Shown here one piece after another: positions 1 to 13,616 of a stretch of DNA of 64,000 bases. A program made the position numbers and the translations under genes. The notes beneath the pieces were generated by a model. The model made no database searches. It had not been told where the DNA came from and worked only from the letters and a program-made list of their open reading frames with translations. Where the stretch lies: positions 1,240,001 through 1,304,000 of the forward strand of contig CM082598.2 of NCBI GenBank assembly GCA_040954595.2, written 5' to 3'. This DNA comes from Balanoglossus misakiensis. Its lineage: Eukaryota > Animalia > Hemichordata. How positions within the stretch are numbered: the first letter of the stretch is position 1; each line of letters starts with the position of its first letter.

Positions 1-219
1 GGCTTAGCACACCGTCATCTTGCTAGTGTGTTGTCATTGAACAGAGATTATATACAGGTAGGAGTTCTGGCTCTCGTGAAGTTCGTGAAAATTTATCATT
101 CGCGAAAATTTCCCGTTTTACAATAATCATGATCGAGTTCTAAAAATATCGCACACATCCACAGTTGTGCTTTAGGCATTTTTTCAATTACTACCCTGGT
201 CATTTGACCTAATTGAATT

Positions 220-380
220 CTACTCAAGTCCCTGAGGAGCAAAAACAGCAGAGCTAAACACATGTAATTACAGTCTCTATGTCATCAGGGATCCATTTCT
301 CCCTGGCGGGGAGAAGCAATGAGAAGTCAAGTGCCTTGCCAAAGGACACAACACCACAGTCATGCCGCAGCTCAGAACAC
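220..380 (-). mobile_element. Degenerate tRNA-derived SINE fragment (CORE-like domain) in TMTC1 intron
   Basis: Minus strand reads TGTGTCCTTTGGCAAGGCACTTGAC...CCAGGGAGAAATGGATCCCTG...CTCCTCAGGGACTTGAG, resembling the TGTGTCCTTGGGCAAGGCACTT core of CORE-type SINEs. Recognised by motif only. Confidence 0.5.
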
Positions 381-528
381 ACAATTTTTACAGACAGAAT
401 ACTGGGAATTTTACCAAGTTTAAAGTTCTCACTGATGCCCACTGTTCCTTGATGTTACATATGCAAGTCTCATTTGAAAGGGCATTGTCATCAGGTGATT
501 AATTCCCCTGACTATTTCTTTATTGTAG

Positions 529-1907
529 GCCATCAAGCACATAGACAAATATCTTGAATTAGATGCTGATTTGGACGCAAACACCAAGTCAGAAATTCTT
601 TACGAACAAGGCAGTAATTACAGAGAAATAAATAAAGACCAAGAAGCAATCAAGGTTAGTGTGATAAATTAATTAGATATTTGTTCATTTTTAAAACCCG
701 GATAGCTGCCATTTTTAGCAAATTTTTAATCAACAAAATGCTTCAATCTTCTCCTTATCCTTCAATTCAAGTGTGTGAGGAATCTTAGAAAACAAGGAAA
801 ATAACAGTGTGTTCACCATTTTGTTTTTATAAAAATCGTTAATTTAATTTTCTCTGTAGATTTAACACAGTGATTGGCAGCCATTTCCATTTCAATTTCA
901 AGACAATTTTGCTCTCACATTTAAAACATTGCAAGGTGACCGGCACATTTTATTCTCAATTTGAAGAGAGATATGATCTAATCTTGCCCTGAGCGAAAAT
1001 ATGAGAACAAGTTTGAGATTTTGATGGTTTTGCTTTTTGATCAACAGTGTTACCTAGAAGCTGTGAAACTGAATCCACGGTTTGCCATGGCACAGATGAA
1101 CCTGGGTGCGATGTATCATATACAGGTAGGAAAATAGAACATATAAACGCAAAGCACACACTCTCACACACATATTTTGTGTATGACATGTATATCACAG
1201 ATATCTCCAGAGGTTCTTTCAAGTTCAAAGCTGATGTGTTGATGAAAGATCCACTATCTGTTACTTTTGGCGATTTTTTCAGTATTCTTATTCTGTGTGA
1301 CAACCAGGGTTTCTTGTTCTGCTCTCTGATAGAAGGAGAAATGTCAGAGAACAGTAGTAAACTATGAAGTGTGAGGCACAGAGGGGCTTAAACAAATATT
1401 AACATATATCTCAGTTAGTAGTCATATTGTATCGTGTCCAAGGCAGTATCATAGTATAACAATGTAGGCTTGGGTAGTATTGCCGAGACATGTCATATCT
1501 TGCATTAACATACATTACATGTAATTGCGTATAAGCATACCAGAAGTTTCTGTAATAAGTTGGGGAGAGTCTTCGCGCTGTGTTTTTACTCTGAAAAGAA
1601 GTTGGTGGAACAGTTTCCATCAGACATCAATATTGTTGTTACTGCCCCTCCCAAATCGTAATGATAAAGTTGTAGATTGTGATGTTGTCCGTACCTGCAC
1701 TAGCTGAGTAGTCTTCAACCGCGTAGCAGTTAGTTTTACAAACATTGCAGTGATAGCTGTTTCACAGAAGTATCACGGAAAGAACTATGAGAGTAGTTCT
1801 TGCACTGCCAAAATAGTAAGTCAAATCGTATTTAGAGATAATGGGATGTAGTTTCACTTGTATTTTAGCTCCTAAGTTTACATATGAGTTATTAATGTTA
1901 TTTTGAT

Positions 1908-1990
<83 letters not shown>

Positions 1991-2481
1991 TTTGTGCATG
2001 CATGTATGTACGGTATCTATGTATCTATATATCTATGCATGTGTGTTGATTTTAGATTACCAGATCTGATTATATTTTTGATGATATGTCTGCCATATTA
2101 CTAAAGTTATCAAAGATCATTTTTTTTTCTGATAAAGGTTGTCTAAAAAGAGTAGCATAATCGTATTGGTATTATTACAGAGAATTATTGCAGCAAATTG
2201 GATGAAATGTACCATGTATGTGAATTTGACAAGGTTGTGATAGTAATTGCTGTTAGAGCGCCCTCTAGCAGTTTGGATCAATTTTCTACTTCAGGCCTAC
2301 GGTGTTGTCAAACATTGAAACCGTCTCTGTTTGTATATTTCAGGATGACATCATCCATGCCAGACGCCACTACAAAGCAGCTTTAGAGCTGGATCCCAAT
2401 AATGCCATTATCCGGGAAAATATGAAGAAATTAGAAAACAGAGAAGCCAAGTTGAAAAATATGAAGAAAAAGATGCAATGA
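529..2481 (+). CDS. TMTC1: Protein O-mannosyltransferase TMTC1-like, last three coding exons (529-654, 1048-1125, 2344-2481); gene begins upstream of the window
   Basis: Three AG/GT-bounded phase-0 exons join to AIKHIDKYLELDADLDANTKSEILYEQGSNYREINKDQEAIK-CYLEAVKLNPRFAMAQMNLGAMYHIQ-DDIIHARRHYKAALELDPNNAIIRENMKKLENREAKLKNMKKKMQ*. These are TPR repeats resembling, from memory, the vertebrate TMTC1 C-terminus (AVQLNP..A.AWMNMG.I.HI..YERALQL.P...LLKENL.KL). Confidence 0.8.
1907..1993. repeat. (TTTA)n microsatellite
   Basis: About 21 perfect TTTA units, seen directly. Confidence 0.95.
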
Positions 2482-5400
2482 GATGCTAGGATTTTCTTTA
2501 AGGGAATCCTCAGAAATGTAATATTCTTTTCTTAAAAGTGCCTTCTGTAATTTTTAATGTTTACGTGCCTTTTATCCATGAAATGGAAACTGAAATTTAC
2601 ATGTGATGTCAGTTTTTATGCCAGACAAACAACGATGTAACACTTAAAGAATGGTCTGTGGAAACTTTCCTACATTGCCAGTATGAAAAGTCGACTTATT
2701 AAAGCTGACATACAGCAAAAGCCTTTAGTGATGACTATGAACCATAACTTGCAACATGTGATGTACTGAGGTACATCTAAAGGATGATGCACTGAATTTT
2801 AATGTGATAGTAAAGACATACACATAAATAGTTTTTTTTTTCAATTTTGTGATGAAAGATTTACGTAATGGATCTCAATAAGTGCCTCATTAGGAACAGC
2901 AATACTAAGAACTTGAACAACGATAACTTTATTCCCTTTGTGAAGTATAACTTCAAGCATGATTTCCTAGAAATCTGAACAATTAGATTTACATAATAGT
3001 TTCGTTGTAAAACCGCACTTCAGAAAGTGTTCCCAATTCTATGAATGTCATAATCAAAAACATGTTTGCCACATGCGTTTATAGCATAATACCATATCTT
3101 GCCAAAGATGAATTTGTATTAGATCATGAAAATGACTTTAATTGTGAAAAAAATAGTTTTGTGTGCATTTTGACAATCAAGCTGATATTCAGCTCAATAT
3201 TTCGATCTTCATAATACATGAAGACAACTTGCAATAACAAAAACAATATTTTTCTTTATAATTTAGCTAATGTTAAGCGTTACAGATTTTTTTCATTTTC
3301 ATTTCATAATAGCATGGATGATAACAAGATTTGTTTAAATTACATAGGTGCAATTTATTTAGCTTTTTAATATTTAAAGCATGGCATATAACAAGATTTC
3401 ATTTAAATGATACTAGTGCAATTAGTATAACCTTTTAAAATTTAAATTTAGAAATATTAGAGTAAGTATAACATCGGTGCAACACTTTGATGTAATGTTT
3501 TTTTAAGTGATAGCTGAAATTTTTTGTTCTCAAAGAACAAATTAAAAAAATTAATTCAAAGCTCAAAGTAAGAAGCAATAAATAAGAATTTGGAATACAT
3601 TCAAAAGTGTGACTGTGTAAGTTGTATTTTTAATATTGCTGTGGTTGGATACGTTACAGTGTCTTTACCTCATCTTTTTCTTATTGACTCTCTTGACTGT
3701 AAACTTACAAAACAGGCCAAAGGGATTGGTGAATAAATGCTGTCCCAGTACAATCTCATTTCTAAGTGGAAAATAGCCTATGAAAAGTTTTGCAATGATA
3801 TCAGTTTCATTGAATGATCCCAGCAATATTTTCAACAAAGTGGATTTCATCCTATGTTTAATGTTGAGTGCTGATTATCGAGGGCAATGCCCGGTAATAT
3901 TCTGAAGATGGCCTAAGATTAATAAGTAGCATAGTAAGAACTCCTTAACACCCACGATCTTTTTAAATGTGAAGAAACTGAAGTAGAAGGATTAGATATG
4001 GAGAGGAGTTACTAACATTCAGTTTCTATTTTTGTCAAGTTATTTGGACTATCACCATCTGCTTCCCACTGCATCAACTGTAGTTTTGTTCAGTTGTTTT
4101 AGAAAAGAGATGATCTCAGTCAGATTTGTTGAAATTGATTGTGAAAGTAAGCAGTAAGCAATTGTGGTTTGATTTTTTCTCTCCAAAAGTCAGTGTGAAT
4201 TACCAACGGACATTCTGTGGATTATTGGTCCCTAGGAATAATTCAGTCAGTTTTGTTTCAAATGATGTTGGAATCTGTGCCTCAAATAACACAGTGATGG
4301 ATATAGTGATGACTTAAGCCGACACCGTACAGTACATGTGGATCATGAATGATTATTATACTTAGTACCTACGTACTATGTTTTCAAATGACGCGAAACA
4401 TGCCCTTCATGCATGTAATTTTTGGCAACAATTTTCATCTTGATCATCAAAACATGCAAGAAGCCACTATAAAAAATTGAATGACCTTGTTAATTTTGTA
4501 AGAAGCTTTGGGCGAGGCTACTGATGCAAGAATCAATTTCCTAGTTGGAACAATTGGTAAGTGCACAACATTATGTCATTAGATCCGGTAGGATGAAAGT
4601 GCAACAGATGCCATACTCTGCGTCGTTGAATTCATAATCGGTGTTCGAAGAGGTACTTGTATGAAAGCAATGGCGCACTTAGGTTTTCGACAAAGTAGGT
4701 TCATTGGCCTCTTTGAAAAGTTGCGGGTTATTCCTTTCCAGGTAACAGAAATGATCGAAATTGCCAAAAACTTAAATTGTAGTATTAGTACTAGTACTAT
4801 ACTAGGAATTAGCTGCTATTTCAAAAATTGACTTTCTTGAGGTCCCAAATATGGCCGCTGTTTCCTGTAAAACCCCACCTGGGTTGGCCTAATTCAAGCT
4901 TGTTCAAATAATGGTGAAATTTTTCACTAAAATATTGTTCTCTGAAACCACTTGTCTGATTGTGAAAGGTACACTATGACATCAGCGAAAACGGGAATAG
5001 TTTGTTAACATTTTTAGTTCTGTAAATAACATTATAATGAGTAAACTACTTGGTTGTCATTGTGTAGGAGATATTTATTATTTATTTTTAACAACCAAGA
5101 TTGTAATGTGCAACACTATAAAAGTAATGAATAAATCTGAAAGACACACGGTAGCTGATGAAATAATGTCAAATATTAAGTTTAATGATTGCTATTGAAC
5201 ATTTACAAAATCAATAAAACTTTTTTGAAAAAAATCAAATCCTCTTTCCAAATTCTTAATGCTATTTTACCCATTAGTAAAAGGCATATTGGTCAGGAAA
5301 TGTGTGTTATTTGTGCAAAGAGATATTGTAGGCACAATGATATCATAAAAGAAACAAAGTGGGCCTTTAATTATATATCTCGGTGCCAATACACACGTCT

Positions 5401-6334
5401 TTATAGTGGCAGGCGTTTTTTTGTGAACACTCTTAAGAGTATTTGATTCAATTGATGTGTCTTATAAAAGCACACAAAATACATGCCTGTTGGCGATAGT
5501 TCAGAGAATGTTAAACAACAGCATTAGCAAGTCAAAAGTCTGCTCGGACTGTAACTTAGACGGATAATCTTATGTATTAGAGATTTTCCCAACCTCAAAT
5601 ATGCCTTTGATACCTAGGTGAGTGATGAAAGTCTCATATGGTCGACACAATTTCAAGATGGCCGATTTTTGCCATGTTTAAGAAATGGAAGTTCATAAAG
5701 CTAAAATGATACTGGGTAACTTTGTAACAGAAAAGATAACAAAATGTGAAAAACGTTGAATGAGTTTAAAATGCAAAAGACTGTTATTATGTTATTTTGA
5801 TGAATCACATAGCAAGGGGTTGGTATCATATATAGAAACACATGTATACTTAAAAATTTCACATGAGAATGTCCTCCCATAAACTGCCTAGTCACACGAG
5901 ATCTCGCAGAGTCTTGTGGATTTCGCGAAATGGTCTATTTTGGAATCTCTCAAAACAACTGATAAATCTCTGGTTCAATCTTTCCATTTCGGGAACTGTT
6001 CAAACACGTGTTTTTTCAATGTTCTGTTTTTTTTATTCGCAACAATAAAATACTGTATTGCTCATTGTCTTCTGGCATTAATTTCATGAAAAATACAGGC
6101 TATTACATAAAATACATTTTATTTCTCTGGTCAGGACATCGTTTAGAATAAAATAGAAAATCTGACTGTAAAGGTTATAAGGCTCATCACATTCATTTGA
6201 CTTCACGTTTTAAATATGCAGGTCTGGCAAGTTTTACAAAATACAGTAAAATGTACCTTTACCCTGGCTTTATAAATTGAAGCAATGTTCAAATCAGTTA
6301 CACTATGAAATTCAATGAAAAAGTATAAGGGGTT

Positions 6335-9300
6335 TCAGTCTTGTTGTATTCGGCAAGAACAACAGGTATCGATGGATATCCAGTCCCATTTATATTGGTT
6401 GTCTTCTTCTGACCAGATGTACGCTATATTCCACGATGGTTTGGCAAGACAACGTGATGAGTATCTGAAGCAATAAAGAAAATAAAGTAATCAAAACATA
6501 AGCATAGCAACTGTATTGTACGGACCCACACCCTTAGTTTAAGATATGATACCTCAATCACAACTTGAAACTGTCCCTTGTATTTTGGTGTATGTTGATG
6601 TCTGTTGTTCTTGGCAATAGATGAATATAATTGGCTGATGTCTGACACAGGTGGTTACAAATTACATGCAAATACTTACGCGCTATCTATTCCAGTACAT
6701 GGCTGTCTACTGTGCAGACAGGTGGTTACATGGTAATACTGGTCTTCATACAGCGCTACTCTGTCACCAGAACGTGTTAGTCCATGACTTAGTTGAACCC
6801 ACTCACTGGAACTTCGGCAGACTTCTTGGAATGGTTCTTCCCGCTTTTTCTGATGATAGATAGAGAGTTTTGTTAACAAGGCAAAAAAGACACATTTTAG
6901 TCAAGCAATGTACAATCTTAAATGTGTATACATACATTAACGCACACACACATATATTTCATACATACATGCATAGACACACTCACACACACACGGTACA
7001 TACCGGTACATAGATACATACATAGATACATACATAGAATGATACATACATACATACATACATACATACATACATACATGTACATACATACATAGATACA
7101 TACATACATACATACATACAGACATACATACAGAAATACAGACAGAAAAACATAGACAGAAAGAGCTTACCACTCTTAAATTGGTGTCATTTTCAACAAG
7201 CGCATTTCCATCTTCTTCTAATAAACTGGAGTCAGCTTCTGGTTGCATGCTAGGTTTGAAGTCAGGTTTTTGAGAAGAAAACATGACCCGATCGGAATTG
7301 AGAGCTGGATGGTGCAAAATCTCTTTATAAAAACCAATGATCTGGTTTCGTAATATGCCCATCTGCAAATCGCTTAATTTGGTGTCTACATTCTCCTCCA
7401 TGTCTCTTATCATGCGTTCAGTTAAATCTGCAAGAAAAGGAATTTACATAATTAGGGTACAGATCTCTTCTGTTCCCACATCAAGAAATGTGGGCCTTTT
7501 AAAATCCAGATATTGGCCCACTTGTGGTTAATCAGGTCAACACGCATGTGTACGTTGCTAACGAACCAGATACCCTAGGGCAAGGCTGTGAGAAATGTAG
7601 TTCAATGGAATATAATTGGCAATTTCCCGGTGCCCTTTTCGATTGACTGTCATGTACCTTCATTTAAGAATGTATGGAGGATTCAGAGGAACATCTGAAA
7701 TAATTTTTTTCTAGTGGGAAGTGTAAAATTTCCATTTTCTAAAATCGTTCTTTCTTGAAAGTGCCACTTTATGTGGATTTTATTCAACACCTTTGTCATA
7801 TACCGTTTCTCAATAGTTCTTTGTGTTCAGGTTTTCATTGTCTATTCTTCTGTAAGAACTGACATATGAGCATTTCCTATTTGTCTTGTCAAAAGTTGAC
7901 ACATGACATTAATAAGCAATACTTTGAGTTGTCAATTGTGTGGATGCCTTGACTTTGCTAATATCCGGGGTTTAATATTTTTGAACAGCATGACGTATTA
8001 TTAGGCACACCATATGGTTGTTGTAAATCACCATCTGGACATTGTTTCCCAATTGAGGCACAAGCCCCCTCCTTTCAAACTTCACTTTCAACCCTATGGT
8101 CAGAGCTGTCAAGTGGTGTAAGCGTTAAAGAATGGTGGGCAGGAAACATTTGCATTCGCAATAACAACAAGGAGTGTCCATGCCAACTGTCATTTTTATT
8201 GCTTGGAGGGGCATATGTCATGTTTCCCTGTAAACAGTTCACCAACTTAAATCGCTTGTTACCAGTGTCTATATGTCAATATGTCTTTGCCTACCATAGG
8301 CAAATAACAATGATTTGAAACACTGAAACACTTACTTCCAAGGCTTAATTGTGCATGATAACAAGTATGACATTCATTGAAAAGGGTTTAATTCTTCAGA
8401 AATTTGCCTTTAGATAGTTTGTTATCAATTTTATTGAAAATTTGCATCGTAATCTTTTACTGTGAAAAAAAGAACATAAGCTTACTTTTGATAATAAGTA
8501 GTCTTCTACCTTTCTATTTTTGATATCAGGCATAATGAATCTTTTGGATGCATTCGTATGAAGACATGGAGTATCAAGGTTAGACCCACTCACCATGTAA
8601 CACCAGCTTCAACATCCCATTGTCACGACCGACAGGTGAGTTTGCCTTCAATGAAGGTATAGATTCCTCACTTGAATCTTTGTGTGGTATAAGAAAATGC
8701 AATGCGTCAAAAATAATCCTTGAAAAGGTACAGCAAAGCTTGAAAGTACAGTAAGTGCCCAAAATAAAATAGCGTTGGTATTAAACTTGATATCTTAGGT
8801 AGGCTAGCTAGCTTGGTTAAAATTTCAACTTACCTGACTCCAGAGGATATGTAGCAGCCAGACCTAAAATAATAGAAAACAAATAAATAAATAAACAAAC
8901 AAACAAGATAAGTACAGCTTCAGTAGGGCTTTGCTGGCCAGACCTGAGCCAGTGTAAAGGATTAACACCTCTCTGCAACACATTGTCTATGGGGCTGAGT
9001 GTCAGGATTTCTGTCATAGTCAGAACTCTCAGTGATATTTTGGTTGGTGTTTCCCTTCTACTACATTGCACTGCATATACTATTGTGCCGCTGTAATATT
9101 TATCAATGGTAATTGATTTGCCTTTAACAAACACTATCCAACTAGTGTGTGTCTTATAATAACTTTCCTCACTGAACAGTAATAACAACCTTAGATTTAT
9201 GTCCATTATTGTTAACACAGCAACTAAATTAATGATATAGTTGCATGTTTATATTCCGCGGGAAAGCAACCAGTCTTAACTCGCTTTTATTGACTGAGAT

Positions 9301-12300
9301 GAATTCTCTCTGTGAGAGCTGTCTGTTATTGCCAATTTATGGTTATACGGTTACAACTGTGACATTGGCTACTGCTGGTCGTTAGCGGATATCACCTTCC
9401 TACGTGGCAACAGTTGCCTAGCAGTTAAATCTCCTCAAGAAACACTTATGGAAGGCATCGCTCTGTCAACACCTGCGTGCCAATGTGAGATCATCAATTG
9501 ACACATCTCACTTCATTCGACATGTATTTAAAGACAAGCGAAGTGCACATTTTGTGTATCAAATCGCTTCTTATAGCACTCACGGGCGTTGTAATTTTCA
9601 ACTGTGGATTGTGTGCATACACATTTTGCAGGCGTTTCTGGGACCGCTTTATTTTCTGATCCTTTTTTCGATGTTTGTTTTCCTCGATAAATGTTACCAA
9701 AAGCTATGTACGTTAACTCCAATATCTAAGGTGTTAGGCAACTATATCGAAAATGAACGTTCTATTATACTTGTGCAGAAATCGGTCATTGAATCGTTGT
9801 TTGATTTCACTGTGGATTGTGGGCATGTAAGTTGTATTGTATAAACACCGTGCGTTGTTTACTATAATTTTGTCAAAGTGGTTAATGTTACCGAGAAAAT
9901 TGTATGAGTGGCACAGTGATGGCCGTCGACCAGACGCACTGTCTTCACTCACTCTCAACGACATGGGTCACTTTCCAGTAGGTGTTCCTGGGTTGCGTTC
10001 TGATCGACAACTTCAGGGTTAGAATAAGAGTCACAAATTGACGTGTTTCTTGTTCCTCAGTCTCATTTCAAGTTACTTTCAGTCTTGCATTGGTTTCAAT
10101 CTAAACGGTTGCCGGTATCTCTCCATGCGTCCAGGTAACACAGTTATGCTTTCGACATTATTGACAATGCAAATATTAGGAAATCATATTTCATTCTAGG
10201 ATAATGAATGACACATATATCCGTGTCAACCTGCCCCGATTTTGCAATAAAACGGCATGCAACTGCAAAATACAGTAGTAATTAACACAAACGTGCCTAA
10301 TATGTTGTATCGGTCATTTAAAATCTGTTTAGATACATTTGTACAAAATAAACAAAAACAAACACCTTCATCTTGCTAAATCTACACCGAGGACCTGATG
10401 CGTGACTGGAAAGGTGAAGTTACTTGCTTGACAAATCTTTCAGTTATTGAAGCACATTAAAAAGGTGTGTCACTTGTAGCGTCACAAGTTTAAATGAGAA
10501 TTTTACGGTTCATTACAACCAGGAAAGGACTGGGGATTTTGGCACTAGACTCAAGCTGTTTTGACGTCAAAATATTCAAGTCAGATTGCCAAAAATAAAC
10601 ATCGTGGCATGCGTGACGCAAATACGAGTAATAGATAGTCAGGTATTTTTTATATTTACGAGATATACCTCTCGAGTAACTCTAAGTAACAGTTGAAATG
10701 TGCGAATTCTACTTAAACGATACATTCATTTTCACACGTGGTAGAGGGATAGAAGTAGACATTGTTAATTACATCATAGGAAAAAACAACTTGACAAGTA
10801 TAGGTTCTATATTTAATTGTGAATTTCATGGAAGTGACCCTGGATGAGTCAACAAAGTACTTTGGGGGCCGAAAAGACATGTGAGGTTTTATGTAGAACA
10901 ATGTGAACTCAACACGACTGCATGCGTCATTATGATTGAAAGACCCGTCTTAGTTTAAGTACATCGTTTCCTCACATAAAAGCCCTATAAAACAAGCCAT
11001 AGTTATTTGTTAATTCCTTCACCGTGTTTTCGTCTCCCGTTGATAAGCTCATAAATCTTCTAAGCCAGTGTCGATTCTGATACGATCACGTGACTCGGAC
11101 GCAAAAATCACAGAAAACACCCTCCTTAAACCAGTTACCGGACAGGCGTGATTCATTTGGTTTAAGCAAGTCCACTGGAAGGAAAGATTTCAAATCAGGG
11201 AAAATAACTGTCGGAAACGACGTGTGGGCCAATGTCGAAATCATTTGCGTAAAATGTCATAGTGAACATGTTAATGTGGCCTTAGGCCTGCAGGTATTTT
11301 ATATCCATGTTCAGGTTCCTGCTTTTACAAATACGCGCATTGCATGAAGCGATGGTGAACTCGTAGGCGTTTTTGGATAAGTTTAAATCACTATGGCCCG
11401 CCTACACTCTCCTTTTTCGAGTGTGCTCGTTTGGCATTCAAACTGTTGTTGCCAATTCATTTGAGCTGCAATTGGTCTTGTTGCCTGCACGATTTCAATC
11501 GTTGGCTGTGCTTTGCCAATTGAAAGTTTATGACATAGGCAGTGTTCAAGGTTTTGCGCATCTTCCCAGAAAAACATGACCATAAAACAGCAGAATTTGG
11601 CACCATGAGACCACATACGTGCACTGTGAACTGCGTCTTTAGATTTGGTTCTTTGTTTCTTAATGTTTGTTTGTCATGGAACGCCTAATTATTTTGATTG
11701 GTTATTCAATATACATAATTACATAATGATACAAGTGTGGCGTCACTAATGAGCATAACGAGGTGCAACAGCAGTTTCATTCAGCAATATGACCTATAAT
11801 TTGTTCATTCCGGTTATCAAGAATTGCAACCGTTTTTGCAAGACATGGCGTGGTAAAATTTGTCTGATTTTCTCATTAAAGTTGTCCGCGCCTCGGGGAA
11901 GATTTTCAGGAAAACGATAATCCTCCAAACCTTTCATCGTTTAGGGAATCTTTTTGAAACCAAAGAAGAAAACATGGTTTTCATCGTCTTTTGTTTTCAT
12001 AAAAATCACTTCTATAATTTTTATCCGTGCAATTAACACAGGTTGGAGGCCATTTTTAATTTGAGGCAATGACATTTTGCGTTATGACCCTAAATTTCCA
12101 TTGTCAATTTTGAGAGAGAATAGACTAATCTACAGTAATAGTTGCCTTGAGCAAAAAATGAGGAAATGGGTTAAGACTTTGATTTTTGAAGCGCATATTG
12201 CCTTAAACTTCGGTCAAATTTCTGCAATAGCCGATGTCACTGTCACGGTCGTTCACATTATTGATTGCTATTAATCAGATGGTTATTTTCATCACAACGT

Positions 12301-13569
12301 TTTTACTCAATTGTTTGACTCCATTGTTTAGCCATTACACACAGTCATCCTGAAAAAGGGACCACAATTAAAGCAAACATCAAAGGTCACTGTGATTTAA
12401 ATCCTAATATCAGTGGGGGCTTTCAACGATAATTAAGATTGAAAGCAATCCATTCTAAGCAAATTAATGTTGACTGCATTCAGATCCACAGACAATGCCT
12501 TTCTTGGAAGAGACTATTGACCACGGCTGAGAGAGAGTGAAACGGGGTTTTCACTGGCACTTAGCTGCAGCGTAAATCGTGCAGAGATCAATACAGGCTA
12601 ATTACGTCATCAAGGAAAAGCTACAGAAAGGGCTCAAAGTGATAATATACGAGATATAGAAATAGTTGACAGAATATGACGACAGTAATGACGTTTGAAA
12701 CTTCTGCCATTTGTCTGTTCGTTTCACGCGAAAGCATGTAGATAATACGATAGCATGGAGTGAAGCAGTGTTAGCCATAGAGAACGCCACAGGCAGTTTG
12801 TTAAACAATGAAGCCTGAACAAAAAATGACATTTGCAATTAAGGAAATGGTTGATACAGTTAGATAGAAAGTTGTTTAGGAGGTTTGTCACGATTCGGTA
12901 CTTAGGGCTAGTGCCCCGGATGTTTAAATGTTGCAGGGATAGTAACGAGCGTTTCCAGGAAAACTAAGTTCTCCAGTTGTTTTATTACCATAGCGATGTT
13001 ATTTAAAGTGGTACACGCACGGTCATTTCATTACAAGAATCGCGTACGATATCTTTTTGTGGTCCAGTGAAGTTGCAACTTGGTCTTTCGCCCTGCACTG
13101 TTTTCAGGTTTCTAGTCTCTGCATTTGGTTTGCAATGCTTTCATCATTGATTTGTACAAGTCACCTGTTCTGTCCGTCTTGTAAAAGCAATCTCTAAAGT
13201 TACCTTCCAAAATCAACTTATCTCTCGTCATTTCTCAAAGCACATGTGCTATAATTTGCATTAGTTCTAAATATCACTGACAGCATGATGATACTGAACA
13301 TTTCGCAAAAATCTTCCAAACAACATTTCTTGTCAAAATCATGCCTGAACGCTGTCTTATCTGCTTCGTGTAGAATACAAGAATAAATCTGTCCTCCCTT
13401 ACATGTATTGTTGCTAAGTAAATATAGGTATATCCGTAAAAGTATAACAGAAAGTGATGAAACAGACTGAGAAAATAGCAAAAAAAAAGCGAAACTTACC
13501 AATGTGTAGCATTAACACAAAACCGCATGAGAACACCATCAGCAAACTCTGTATATTTTCTCTGTTCAT
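6335..13569 (-). CDS. Neurotrophin precursor (NGF/Spaetzle-type cystine knot), 218 aa; coding exons 13500-13569, 8834-8863, 7171-7427, 6680-6849, 6335-6464
   Basis: Exon phases (1,1,0,2) are consistent and total 657 nt. Signal peptide MNRENIQSLLMVFSCGFVLMLHIGLAAT, acidic pro-region, RVKKR convertase site, then EEPFQEVCRSSSEWV...QYYHVTTC...CTGIDSAYSSRC...WDWISIDTCCSC. This matches NGF-family hallmarks (VCxSxSxWV, QYFxETxC, CxGID, WxxIxIDTxCxC). Confidence 0.88.
6927..7160. repeat. (CATA/CAGA/CA)n compound microsatellite in neurotrophin intron
   Basis: Seen directly; explains the spurious MYVC ORFs. Confidence 0.9.
11875..12207. mobile_element. Old non-autonomous DNA-transposon-like repeat; related fragments at ~860-1020 and ~46015-46150
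   Basis: TTAA...TTAA bounded. Shares the motifs G(G)CCATTTT.AATTT, AATTTTGAGAGAGAATA and CTTGAGCAAAAAATGAG with two other loci in the window. Terminal inverted repeats are weak. Confidence 0.35.
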
Positions 13570-13610
13570 CTTGTCTGCCAATGAAGAACTCTTGCGGTGG
13601 GGGAGCTGAA

Positions 13611-13616
13611 TTTATA
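13611..13616 (-). promoter_or_regulatory. Candidate TATA box of the neurotrophin gene
   Basis: TATAAA on the minus strand about 42 nt upstream of the ATG at 13569. Confidence 0.45.

Noticed and set aside
9480-10020. Overlapping short ORFs in neurotrophin intron 1 suggesting a transposase remnant
   Set aside because: No recognisable catalytic or DNA-binding motif and no element ends.
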